This document shows positions 8,674 through 17,111 of a stretch of DNA of 57,172 nucleotides, piece by piece (position 1 is the stretch's first letter; the number at the start of each line of letters is the position of its first letter). The position numbers were made by a program, and so were the translations under genes. The notes beneath the pieces were generated by a model, which was not told where the DNA came from, made no database searches, and saw only the letters and a program-made list of their open reading frames with translations. The DNA is from a virus (taxonomy: Duplodnaviria; Caudoviricetes), in IMG/VR virus record IMGVR_UViG_3300006947_002434, positions 1 through 57,172 of that record; one strand, given 5' to 3'.

Positions 8674-9404
8674 TATCCAAATATCTCAACTCTAATATCT
8701 TCTTTCATCTTATACCCATTAGTGTCCAACCAGTATCTAGCTTCTTCTATCATTATATTCCAGCCACATAGGTAAAATAAAGGCTTATCTTCTCTTCCTT
8801 CTATGAGTTTTAAGTAGACATCATGAACATATCCATGATCGTATCCATCTACTTCTTCTCTAGATAATACTGGTAAGTATTCAAAATTAGCATTGTCTTT
8901 CTCTAATTGTCTGAGTTCTTCATAATATAAAGTATCTTCTTTTACTCTAGTGCCAAAGATAAGTTTAATCTTCTTAGTCTTTATATTGTTCTTAGTTATC
9001 CAATTGATCATTGACCTAAAAGGGCTAATACCTGATCCAGTACATACAAAGTATATGTCTCTATCTATCTTTTCCGGAAGAGTAAATACTCCCATCGGTC
9101 CTCTATACTCTACTTCATCTCCTATCTTAGCTTTGTTGAAAAGATAATCGCACATCCTTCCTCCTTCTAAGTTAGTAATAATAAGTTCAAAAGTATTAGA
9201 ACCGTCAGGCCATGAAGCTATAGAATAACTTCTTGTAAATTGAGTCATTGCTCCTGGTTCTCTAATTGTAAGGGTGATTAGTTGTCCTGGTGTGTATTTA
9301 ATCTCATCGTATAGTGGTGATTCAAATATAAATCTCCATTGGTTATGAGTCTCTTTAATAATGTCTGTTAGTAATCCTAATTCATTCATTTTTAAATACT
9401 TCAT
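8673..9404 (-). CDS. FAD/NAD(P)-binding oxidoreductase (ferredoxin-NADP reductase family)
   Basis: PGQ, RSYSIAS, GGRMCDYL, GPMGVF, CTGSGISPF, YLCG, C-terminal E.FG. Confidence 0.9.
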   Translation of the reverse strand: MKYLKMNELGLLTDIIKETHNQWRFIFESPLYDEIKYTPGQLITLTIREPGAMTQFTRSYSIASWPDGSNTFELIITNLEGGRMCDYLFNKAKIGDEVEYRGPMGVFTLPEKIDRDIYFVCTGSGISPFRSMINWITKNNIKTKKIKLIFGTRVKEDTLYYEELRQLEKDNANFEYLPVLSREEVDGYDHGYVHDVYLKLIEGREDKPLFYLCGWNIMIEEARYWLDTNGYKMKEDIRVEIFG

Positions 9405-9579
9405 TTATCCAAGTTATTATAAAAGTAATGAAAGCTGTTGGCCACATTACGAGTTGGTATAATCTTTCAAAATTATTCCAAGGACCTCCTATTTTATGTT
9501 TGGTTGTAAAGTATTCTATCCATCCTGACCATATTATTCCAAGTAGGAAATAAAGAGAAAAGTACTGAATTATTGTCAT
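9382..9579 (-). CDS. Small membrane protein
   Basis: Two hydrophobic segments. Confidence 0.55.
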   Translation of the reverse strand: MTIIQYFSLYFLLGIIWSGWIEYFTTKHKIGGPWNNFERLYQLVMWPTAFITFIITWINEVFKNE

Positions 9580-9580
9580 T

Positions 9581-9739
9581 TTATCTAGGTTTTGGTACTA
9601 ATCTAAAAGTACAACCTGGTTTGCCGTTAATTATTGGCATTCCGAACTCATCATAATCGATTGATTTTACTTTAACTCTTTTATTTTTAAATCGACCTAC
9701 CATAACAGTATCCCCGATTTTAACATTTATCTTAATCAT
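9581..9739 (-). CDS. Small KOW/SH3-like basic protein (52 aa, not in track)
   Basis: MIKINVKIGDTVMVGRFKNKRVKVKSIDYDEFGMPIINGKPGCTFRLVPKPR*; ATGA overlap. Confidence 0.6.
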   Translation of the reverse strand: MIKINVKIGDTVMVGRFKNKRVKVKSIDYDEFGMPIINGKPGCTFRLVPKPR

Positions 9740-10359
9740 TGTCTAAAATTTTTATTTACTCTCCACACCCACCTGTCTTTGTCTTCTCCTATAAAAAGCT
9801 GATCGTCATAGTTATCATTAGTTTCTAATAAAGATCTGTAAAACTGTTTTGTGCGTTTTCTGCCATCAATCCAGTATGCTGGTCTTACTTTAAACTTCTC
9901 TACAATATCATATAAGTTTAAAGTTGTATCTACTCCTAATTTATTAACGTTAGGACCGTCTAATAAAACAAAGTCTGTCTTTTCATACCCGTCATAATCA
10001 TGAATGTACCTACACCCTTTCTTTCCGTTAACTTCTTCAAAGCCTAAATCAACTAAGTGTACTCTATTGTTTATGTCAACTCCTCCTACCTTAAGTTTAT
10101 TATACCAGTGCTCACAGTCCTCAAATGAAATAAATTCTGCTCCATAATCTAATTTAGTAATTAATTTGTCGATAAGGTATGTACTAATACCACTACCGTA
10201 TTCTACAATAAATTTAGGTTTGAAAAGTTCAATATATTCTAAAAAACCACTGTAGTCGTATTGATCTGTACCGACTATATAGGATAGTTCAAGATTAGAT
10301 TCAGTCCATCTTTCGATACATTGTTTATTTAGGTCTGATATTATTTTTTCGTAATTCAT
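9736..10359 (-). CDS. Class I SAM-dependent methyltransferase-like protein
   Basis: IVEYGSGISTY, SFED..W, DFVLLDGP. Confidence 0.7.
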   Translation of the reverse strand: MNYEKIISDLNKQCIERWTESNLELSYIVGTDQYDYSGFLEYIELFKPKFIVEYGSGISTYLIDKLITKLDYGAEFISFEDCEHWYNKLKVGGVDINNRVHLVDLGFEEVNGKKGCRYIHDYDGYEKTDFVLLDGPNVNKLGVDTTLNLYDIVEKFKVRPAYWIDGRKRTKQFYRSLLETNDNYDDQLFIGEDKDRWVWRVNKNFRQ

Positions 10360-11192
10360 AATAATTTAGTGTAGTTAGTTAAGTTGATATCCTTATGATA
10401 TCTCTGTATATGGTTCTGTTCTAGTAGGATAGGATCAGTTTGTATACCCCATAACTCTTTTTTTTCTAAGTTAATATAGAACCTATACGTAAACTTGTTA
10501 TCAAATAGAGCAGGAGGCATTTGAAAGCACCATTCAGTCTTTGGACCTTTCCCACCCTCAGGAACTTGTATAAAAATAGACATTTGTTCTTTCTTAGCTA
10601 AATGTGCTGCAAACAATGAATGTGCAGAACCTAAGAAGAAGTTATAAGGTCTGTCTATTAGTGGAGCTCCTAACTGTCCATACTTTTTAAAAGACCAGTA
10701 TTGTTGAAGGTAAAATTGATCGTTCCAAGCTTTTACTTTAAATTGCTCATTTTCATACTCTGGATGAGTTTTAGGTAATGTATCTTGGATAGTTTCCGGG
10801 TATTTCTTGTTGTATTCTTGTATTTTATCAAATAGCTTTTGGTTTGTCCATTCTTCTTGATCTAATTCTTTAATAGCTTCTTTAATAGCTTCATAATTAA
10901 AATAACCATGAGGTGTTCCTCTAATATTCTCTATAAAAAAACTAATAGGAAAGTTTAAATATACTAAGTCAGAACTTAAAGGAGTATTCCTAACCTGAGA
11001 TTGCATTTGGTAATTTATCTTAGGTTCGTTTTTATTACTTAAAACGTATGTTTCTCTATTATTCTTTGGATTAATATCGATATGTACATTATCAAATAGA
11101 GATGTAATATGTTTCATACATTCATACTCTACTAGTACGTATTTACTAGCTCTTACTCTGTCAAAATTAATATTGAAAAATTTGTCTATCAT
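10356..11192 (-). CDS. Hypothetical protein
   Basis: 278-aa coupled ORF. Confidence 0.7.
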   Translation of the reverse strand: MIDKFFNINFDRVRASKYVLVEYECMKHITSLFDNVHIDINPKNNRETYVLSNKNEPKINYQMQSQVRNTPLSSDLVYLNFPISFFIENIRGTPHGYFNYEAIKEAIKELDQEEWTNQKLFDKIQEYNKKYPETIQDTLPKTHPEYENEQFKVKAWNDQFYLQQYWSFKKYGQLGAPLIDRPYNFFLGSAHSLFAAHLAKKEQMSIFIQVPEGGKGPKTEWCFQMPPALFDNKFTYRFYINLEKKELWGIQTDPILLEQNHIQRYHKDINLTNYTKLL

Positions 11193-11344
11193 TCTTTTAA
11201 TCTATTCTCAACTTCTTGAAGTTCTTGTTGAAGTTTCTGAATCTCTAATTTACTATCTTTAGTTTTATCGTACTTTAATTCGATAATTTTATTAATAATT
11301 TCATCAAATCTTCTTTCATCTAGGTACTCTTCAAATGTATTCAT
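11189..11344 (-). CDS. Small coiled-coil protein (51 aa, not in track)
   Basis: MNTFEEYLDERRFDEIINKIIELKYDKTKDSKLEIQKLQQELQEVENRLKE*. Confidence 0.55.
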   Translation of the reverse strand: MNTFEEYLDERRFDEIINKIIELKYDKTKDSKLEIQKLQQELQEVENRLKE

Positions 11345-11345
11345 T

Positions 11346-11828
11346 TTAATTTCGGTTATAGTCGTCTTCTATTCTAGTTATATCATCTTCATCGAAAGAA
11401 CTACCTGTTTGTATTTCAATAAATATTAATTCGTTATCAAAGCTTGGATTTGTAACTCTATGCTGTTGTTCTTTCTTAATACTGACAGTTTCTCCATAGG
11501 ATTTCCATATCTCTTTGTTATTTATTTCTATCTTAGCTTCACCTTTAACTATCATCCATAGTTCATCTCTATATTGATGGTACTGAGAGGATAATCTCTT
11601 CTGAGGATTGACTGTTATTTGTTTAACTTTACAATTATTATCATCTAAAAGAATTCGATAGTTACCCCATGGTTTATTTTTTGATTGACCACAGTTACCA
11701 CATTCAATTCTATAACCTCCGTTTGATGCTCCGCAGCCACAAGTCCATACACTGTCTACTGATCTTAACTTGTTTTCCAAAATGCTTGAATTGTTATTAG
11801 TACAAAACATAGAGCTAAACTTACCCAT
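11346..11828 (-). CDS. Mannose-6-phosphate isomerase type II C-terminal cupin with N-terminal Zn ribbon (start probably downstream of 11828)
   Basis: KPWG.Y, VK.ITVNP..RLS.QYH..R.E.W, IEIQTG..F.EDDI.RIEDDY.R; N-terminal WTCGCG...CGNCG. Confidence 0.85.
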   Translation of the reverse strand: MGKFSSMFCTNNNSSILENKLRSVDSVWTCGCGASNGGYRIECGNCGQSKNKPWGNYRILLDDNNCKVKQITVNPQKRLSSQYHQYRDELWMIVKGEAKIEINNKEIWKSYGETVSIKKEQQHRVTNPSFDNELIFIEIQTGSSFDEDDITRIEDDYNRN

Positions 11829-12127
11829 GTCTTTAATGTTATTGATTCACTAAAATAATAATTAACAAAAATAGCATATTGAGATATACCTAGGGCAAAT
11901 CCTACAAATCTAGCTGGCCATAACAGGCCTCCCATTGCATCTACTGTAAACTTAGTACCCCATATAAAAAAGAATGATATAATAAATCCTGCTAAGGCTA
12001 CTAACCATTCGTTTTCCCTAAATGATTTCCATAAAAACTGACCATTAAGTTGATACCAGACCATAATATGACCAGTTAAAAAACAAGCCATTCCTAACAA
12101 AAGACCTTTGTAACTTGTTACTATCAT
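11765..12127 (-). CDS. Four-TM small membrane protein (SMR/DMT-like topology)
   Basis: Four hydrophobic helices in 120 aa. Confidence 0.6.
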   Translation of the reverse strand: MIVTSYKGLLLGMACFLTGHIMVWYQLNGQFLWKSFRENEWLVALAGFIISFFFIWGTKFTVDAMGGLLWPARFVGFALGISQYAIFVNYYFSESITLKTWVSLALCFVLITIQAFWKTS

Positions 12128-12322
12128 TTAGTTATATATTACCCAACGTTCTGTCTGATTACTATTAAGTAAATTGTGTTTTATGCTTCTTCCTTGAGGT
12201 CTTTTGGATACTCTTTCGAAAACATATCCTCCTAGGTTAATATGAAAACCATCTACTACAGTTTCTGCTATTCGGTATGTCATCTTTGCCTTAGGCACAT
12301 AAAATATATTGTCTAATTTCAT
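12128..12322 (-). CDS. Hypothetical protein
   Basis: First ORF after the promoter at 12340-12371. Confidence 0.6.
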   Translation of the reverse strand: MKLDNIFYVPKAKMTYRIAETVVDGFHINLGGYVFERVSKRPQGRSIKHNLLNSNQTERWVIYN

Positions 12323-12339
12323 AACTTATTGTCTTTATT

Positions 12340-12371
12340 ATAATATAAGGAATTTCTTGCAGGATTCCAAC
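12340..12371 (-). promoter_or_regulatory. Class-1 promoter GTTG-N20-TATATTAT
   Basis: Same spacing as the other copies. Confidence 0.7.
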
Positions 12372-12809
12372 TTAAATCATCTTAATTTGTGAGCTTAGGG
12401 TATAATTACCTGTTAACTCCTGATTCTTTCTTATATTCTTTAATGCTATTCCTGTTTCGCTATCTACGTTACCTTGTTCGAAGGCTGTGTTCAGCAATGC
12501 TAGTGGTTCACTAAATAGAAAGTTAGTATCTTTAACTAATCTAAATTTAACTAGAGCATATGAAGTGGAAAGATCATTAACGTATGAACGTAATATATAA
12601 GCCCCTACTTCTTTGGGTAGCTTGGTAAACTGTATTACTGATAATGAATACCAGTCTGTATCTCCTTCCCATACTGGGAATACATTTTCATCTTTTTTTA
12701 TATCTACTAATGCAAATAATCCTATACCTCTTATCGTGCTCTTACGTAAATAGCTTTTGACGGATGTGTTAAGAAAGTTAAATGGCGACATATGGTGTTT
12801 TTTTAACAA
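12372..12809 (-). CDS. SET-domain protein (lysine methyltransferase fold); start may be Met7
   Basis: KSTIRGIGLFALVDIKKDE...LLN...ALKNIRKNQELTGNY; the NH motif reads NT. Confidence 0.8.
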   Translation of the reverse strand: MLKKHHMSPFNFLNTSVKSYLRKSTIRGIGLFALVDIKKDENVFPVWEGDTDWYSLSVIQFTKLPKEVGAYILRSYVNDLSTSYALVKFRLVKDTNFLFSEPLALLNTAFEQGNVDSETGIALKNIRKNQELTGNYTLSSQIKMI

Positions 12810-13368
12810 AATTACCTTTTCTAAAATAAGACCAATGTACTGTGTGACCTTGTTCTATCTTTTTAGGATAGTTTTCTCTATGTGTTGAATTTATAGTGAA
12901 ATAATGAGAATTTAGCTCTTTTACATCTCTTATAAGGAAGTAACTAAACACAGAAAGAACACAGTTTGGAGCTGCAATTAATTTTGCATACTCTTCGAAC
13001 TTTTCATAATTAGGATCATCGTACGTATCCATAAAAATTCCATCAAACTTTTCAGCTATGTGTGGAATTATATCAATCCAATCTCCATATAGTATATTAA
13101 CATTTTCCTTACCTTTAGCCCACTTCAGAGCTTTTAAATAGATTTGGTAGTTACATTCTATACAGGTATAGTTCTGTGTCTTACTGTATATAGCATTAGC
13201 GCTATAGCCTAAGCCAAATCCTACATCTAATATTCTACCGTTATCTTGAGTTACTATAGATGAATAGAACTCCATAAGTTCTTTGGAGACTACATCCATT
13301 ACTATCTTTTCCTGATCACTAGTGTACTGTATTCTAGTATCAGAAATTATAACCTTTTTGTCCATCAT
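12778..13368 (-). CDS. RMT2/guanidinoacetate-methyltransferase-like class I methyltransferase
   Basis: GRILDVGFGLGYSA, YTCIECN, GDW.D, FDGIFMDTY. Confidence 0.75.
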   Translation of the reverse strand: MMDKKVIISDTRIQYTSDQEKIVMDVVSKELMEFYSSIVTQDNGRILDVGFGLGYSANAIYSKTQNYTCIECNYQIYLKALKWAKGKENVNILYGDWIDIIPHIAEKFDGIFMDTYDDPNYEKFEEYAKLIAAPNCVLSVFSYFLIRDVKELNSHYFTINSTHRENYPKKIEQGHTVHWSYFRKGNFVKKTPYVAI

Positions 13369-13404
13369 ATCAGTTTTACTAATACTTAAATTATATTCTT
13401 TACC

Positions 13405-14025
13405 TTAGTCTAATAAATACCCATAAGGAGTTGAAAATATATCTAATCCTATTGGAAAGTTTTCTAACCTTAATGATACTGTCATTGCCGAATTAACGTA
13501 AGGATTGTAAAATTCTCCTTCTACTGTTAAACAGATTAGTCCCGAATGTGGACCTCCTAATTGACCTGCATCTAATACTTCAACTTTATTCCATATTACA
13601 TAATCATCTGGTCCTGGTATCTCTACTCCAGCATATTTATTGTCTGGGTTCTCCCAAGTATATGTTCCTACATCTAATAATTCACCATCATCGTTTGCAT
13701 CTGTATCTAGTACGTACATGGCAAAATGTTGACTTGTCAATCTTGGATCACCATCTTCTATTTGAACGTATAGTATGAAAATCTTTCTTAATTTACCATC
13801 TACCCATTTAGAGCCACCGAAGGTATTAATTAATGAGTATTTTTCATATGGATCAAACGACTCTCCGTTTAAACTAATTTCAAATAAAGGTACTAGTTCT
13901 TCTACAACTTCATCTTTACTACACGAAGTAAGGAGTATTGTTAAAATTATAAAAACCCAAAAATACTGTTCCCAATAAGTTTTATAACACATTTCTACTT
14001 TAAAGAAGTTATATATATCTTTCAT
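13405..14025 (-). CDS. Lipoprotein (start revised to 14025)
   Basis: Hydrophobic stretch ending in lipobox LLTS-C, then SKDE, resembling the Bacteroidota K(D/E) export signal. The track start overlaps the previous gene. Confidence 0.7.
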   Translation of the reverse strand: MKDIYNFFKVEMCYKTYWEQYFWVFIILTILLTSCSKDEVVEELVPLFEISLNGESFDPYEKYSLINTFGGSKWVDGKLRKIFILYVQIEDGDPRLTSQHFAMYVLDTDANDDGELLDVGTYTWENPDNKYAGVEIPGPDDYVIWNKVEVLDAGQLGGPHSGLICLTVEGEFYNPYVNSAMTVSLRLENFPIGLDIFSTPYGYLLD

Positions 14026-14026
14026 A

Positions 14027-14512
14027 TTAATTTGCGTCTCTATTAAATCTTCCAAGACATACTCCACTTGCGAAGTAATTGTTGTTATCGTTAACGTCAT
14101 ATGTGCCTCCTCCAAAGTCGATATGAACTAACTCATGATCATCACATGTTGCGATTGCAGTTACTTCTATGTAAGTGCCTTCGTTAGTTAAAACTTTGTT
14201 ACCTACTACAAGCTGTGTACTGGTCGAATTAGTGATTGATGGATCGTGACAAGCCCATGTTCCACCTTCTACGTAAAAGATTTGATTAGTTGAACACTTT
14301 ACTCTTCTGTCTGCAAAGTCAACGTTAACCGTTGGCATTGTTTCTAAAGTAATTCCAGTGATTTCTCTTTCGGATATCGAATTACTATGTTCAAATGAAT
14401 GATATGCGATCCAGTTTTCTGCTACTAAATCTTCAGATTTTGTCTGACCATTATTTCCTACTGGAACGCCTCTTGTGACTTGGTAAATGTTATGTTGTTT
14501 TCCTACTGCCAT
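14027..14512 (-). CDS. Stand-alone degenerate Hint-fold protein
   Basis: K.EDLV..., KCSTNQIFYV, QLVVGNKVL..EG..IEVTAI, YDV.DNNNYFASGV; lacks Cys1, TxxH and terminal HN. Confidence 0.6.
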   Translation of the reverse strand: MAVGKQHNIYQVTRGVPVGNNGQTKSEDLVAENWIAYHSFEHSNSISEREITGITLETMPTVNVDFADRRVKCSTNQIFYVEGGTWACHDPSITNSTSTQLVVGNKVLTNEGTYIEVTAIATCDDHELVHIDFGGGTYDVNDNNNYFASGVCLGRFNRDAN

Positions 14513-14542
14513 AATAAATTATTTAATTTTGTTAATATGTAA

Positions 14543-14686
14543 CTAGCTATGTTTAGCTTTAAAGTAAGTTAAGAAATTGTTTACAGTCGTGTTGATTGTT
14601 GCTTTTTGAGCATCTGTAACTGCGTAGACAGTTCTACTGTTTACTTCTGTATTAGCTACTTTCTTAAAAAATGTTGGTTTACTCAT
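14543..14686 (-). CDS. 47-aa peptide (not in track)
   Basis: MSKPTFFKKVANTEVNSRTVYAVTDAQKATINTTVNNFLTYFKAKHS*; CTATTTAT motif 5 nt upstream. Confidence 0.7.
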   Translation of the reverse strand: MSKPTFFKKVANTEVNSRTVYAVTDAQKATINTTVNNFLTYFKAKHS

Positions 14687-14691
14687 ATACT

Positions 14692-14699
14692 ATAAATAG
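14692..14699 (-). promoter_or_regulatory. Class-2 motif CTATTTAT
   Basis: Intergenic, 5 nt before an ATG. Confidence 0.55.
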
Positions 14700-14700
14700 G

Positions 14701-16956
14701 TTACTTATTATGAACTACAATGCCGTTGGCAATATAGTTATGATGTTCAGATACTGTAAAATTGTATACTTTTGTTTCTGGTGTTGTATCTACTGTTGTA
14801 ATAGTTTTGATTTCTTTCCATTCCTTACAACAATTAATAGAATCTCCTACTTGTAATTCTCCAGTTAACAGGTCTAATGGTTCTATTGCTTTCCAACCTT
14901 TCTGGGTTAGGAATGGATGCTCTGGTGTAAATTCTATGTTGCAGATTCCATCTCCTTTTATGGTATATAATTCTCTATCACCTACGACTGTTGGTTCTAA
15001 AGCTAGTACAGATCTAGATACTATTCCTTCCTCAGTCCAAGTTTCAACTATATCCCCTACTACTATGTTTTCTATGTTCTTAACATCTCCATTTCCTAAA
15101 GTTATCTCTGTTCCTTCTACAAAACAACAAGGTGCTGCTCTATTATGTACTAAGAATCCTCCTGCAAAGAAGTTATTATTGTCTGCTATTTCATCTAAAT
15201 TATATACTGTGGAGGTATCTTCATTTTCGTCCATTGCTGAAATTGTATAATATTCTCCGTTTTTATGTAAACACTTATCTCCAATAGCTAAAGCTCTGTC
15301 TGTATGCTCACTTAGTGATGGCGTATAGGCTGACCAGCTGCTTCCGCTTACAAAGAATGGATGATCATAAGTACAAGTTACTTCTGAATTGTTTGAAAAT
15401 GATAGCTGTACTACGTCTTGGTTTTCTTTAGTTTGTATTTTAGTTACTCCTTTATATTCCTGTGCTTCATTATCTAGGTTGTAAGAAAGTACCTGTTCAC
15501 CTAATTTTAATGATTCAATAGGTCTCTGTACTAAGTCTCCTTCTCCGGTTCTAATAGTTACAATTGTTCCTTCAACAAAGCATGGAGCATTGTGAACTAT
15601 CACATTTGAACCAGATAATTGATAAGCATCTTCATCTTCCACATTAATCTGTTCATATTGTACATCTGCTACTGTTACTCCTGTATTTCCCTCTGCGATG
15701 GATGTAAAACCACTTCCGGAAACCCAAACTGAATGACTGGTTGGGTATAGGTTAAGAGCATATTCCCATTCTATAACATCTTTTATTTCATTACGAACTA
15801 AAAATGCTTCATTTGGAGAAGTGTAAACTGTGTCTCCAGTTGAGAGTATAATCTCTGTTAGTAAATTATTACTAGAAGAAACTGGGAAAGTTGATATAAC
15901 AGTAGAGCCTGTTGCATGTGAACCACCCGGTAGGGATGTTCCAGCATAACTCCAATCATACCAATTGTCATTATCTTGAGGTGAGCCACTTACGAAATAA
16001 GAGAGTACTTCGTTTGATGCTGATACATCTGCTGCAGCTATAAAGGTTCCTGAGCTGCTTATCAAAGATTCAAAGTGACTTACCCCATATGTGGCTTCTG
16101 CAATGTGGTTAGTAGCAAAACAATACTTGTAGTAAGTACCCATCATATTATTAATACGATGATCATAATTATCGTTTAGTGTTGTCGGTAAATCAAAGTA
16201 TGTTGCTGCTTTATAACAACCTAAACTTACTTGCTCTAAATCAGATCCATATACATAAGTAAACTGCCTAATAGAAGTAATCTTACTATCTTCTAATTCA
16301 TCTGCATTATAGTAATACTGCTGTATCATTGAGTCTTCAGTCTTAACAGTATTAATAAAATTATCCCACCTATCAGCTGATGATGAAGCTGGATGGCCTA
16401 TTTTATACATTCTCATAGTCTGATGAGCTTCAGTAGCTTTTTTAGTTACTGCATCAATAACATTATTAGGTGAGAAATTTGTCTTGTCTATGTTATCTAT
16501 TACTCCTGTTGCTGAAGATGAATAGTAGAACTCTACTACGCTGTCTGCATTAGACTGATCATTGAATAAATTCAATAAATTAAACTTACCTTTAGCATAT
16601 GTAGAATCTAATATAGCATTTTCATCGTAAGCTAATCTTATTATAAACTTATTTGCGGCATCGGTAGGGACTGTAGGGTATATACTGTCTATTTGTTCTG
16701 CTATAGCTGTAAAGGAGTGACTATGTGCTGTAGCTACAGATTGTGAAAGGTATTCTACAAAATTAGCATGGTGGGCATCTTTATATACAACATACACAGA
16801 ATCTATACTTCCTGTCATCATGTTAATTATAGGAGCTACATTTACTTCACTACCTAATGTAGTTGTAATAAAGGCTGTATCGGTGTTAATCTCTAATAAC
16901 CTAACATTATTTGATTCATCAATACAAAAATCTGATGAGAATATGGTTCCTTTCAT
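14701..16956 (-). CDS. Circularly permuted ATP-grasp-like domain fused to three tandem Hint (BIL-like) domains
   Basis: N-terminal SSDF.ID...VRLLEINTDT, MIQQY, SIRQF. Hint2 C459(CFVEGT)..TYDHPF..VYNL..FLVHN605; Hint3 C611(CFVEGT)..TPEHPF..VYNF..VVHN750; degenerate Hint1 about aa 291-456 ending VIVHN. Confidence 0.8.
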   Translation of the reverse strand: MKGTIFSSDFCIDESNNVRLLEINTDTAFITTTLGSEVNVAPIINMMTGSIDSVYVVYKDAHHANFVEYLSQSVATAHSHSFTAIAEQIDSIYPTVPTDAANKFIIRLAYDENAILDSTYAKGKFNLLNLFNDQSNADSVVEFYYSSSATGVIDNIDKTNFSPNNVIDAVTKKATEAHQTMRMYKIGHPASSSADRWDNFINTVKTEDSMIQQYYYNADELEDSKITSIRQFTYVYGSDLEQVSLGCYKAATYFDLPTTLNDNYDHRINNMMGTYYKYCFATNHIAEATYGVSHFESLISSSGTFIAAADVSASNEVLSYFVSGSPQDNDNWYDWSYAGTSLPGGSHATGSTVISTFPVSSSNNLLTEIILSTGDTVYTSPNEAFLVRNEIKDVIEWEYALNLYPTSHSVWVSGSGFTSIAEGNTGVTVADVQYEQINVEDEDAYQLSGSNVIVHNAPCFVEGTIVTIRTGEGDLVQRPIESLKLGEQVLSYNLDNEAQEYKGVTKIQTKENQDVVQLSFSNNSEVTCTYDHPFFVSGSSWSAYTPSLSEHTDRALAIGDKCLHKNGEYYTISAMDENEDTSTVYNLDEIADNNNFFAGGFLVHNRAAPCCFVEGTEITLGNGDVKNIENIVVGDIVETWTEEGIVSRSVLALEPTVVGDRELYTIKGDGICNIEFTPEHPFLTQKGWKAIEPLDLLTGELQVGDSINCCKEWKEIKTITTVDTTPETKVYNFTVSEHHNYIANGIVVHNK

Positions 16957-16970
16957 TGGTAAATTTTAAT

Positions 16971-16978
16971 ATAAATAG
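16971..16978 (-). promoter_or_regulatory. Class-2 motif CTATTTAT
   Basis: 14 nt before the ATG of the ATP-grasp-Hint gene. Confidence 0.55.
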
Positions 16979-17021
16979 TAAAAAGTACTAGATTAATGCA
17001 AATATTTACATTAAAAGATAC

Positions 17022-17111
17022 TTATACTCTTTTCTTTTTTGTATAAGCTATAACGGCACCTACTATTAAAGTAGCTGCCGTCACTTCTATTATTCCTCCA
17101 CAAACACACAT
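17022..17111 (-). CDS. 29-aa single-TM peptide (not in track)
   Basis: MCVCGGIIEVTAATLIVGAVIAYTKKKRV*; TAATG coupling. Confidence 0.45.
   Translation of the reverse strand: MCVCGGIIEVTAATLIVGAVIAYTKKKRV

Noticed and set aside
14691-14699. T4-type late promoter TATAAATA on the plus strand
   Set aside because: At each site it points away from the adjacent gene start; the consistent orientation is CTATTTAT on the coding strand.
14701-15582. Canonical mobile inteins
   Set aside because: There is no homing endonuclease, no Cys/Ser/Thr at +1 and no interrupted host enzyme; the domains fit BIL-type Hints.
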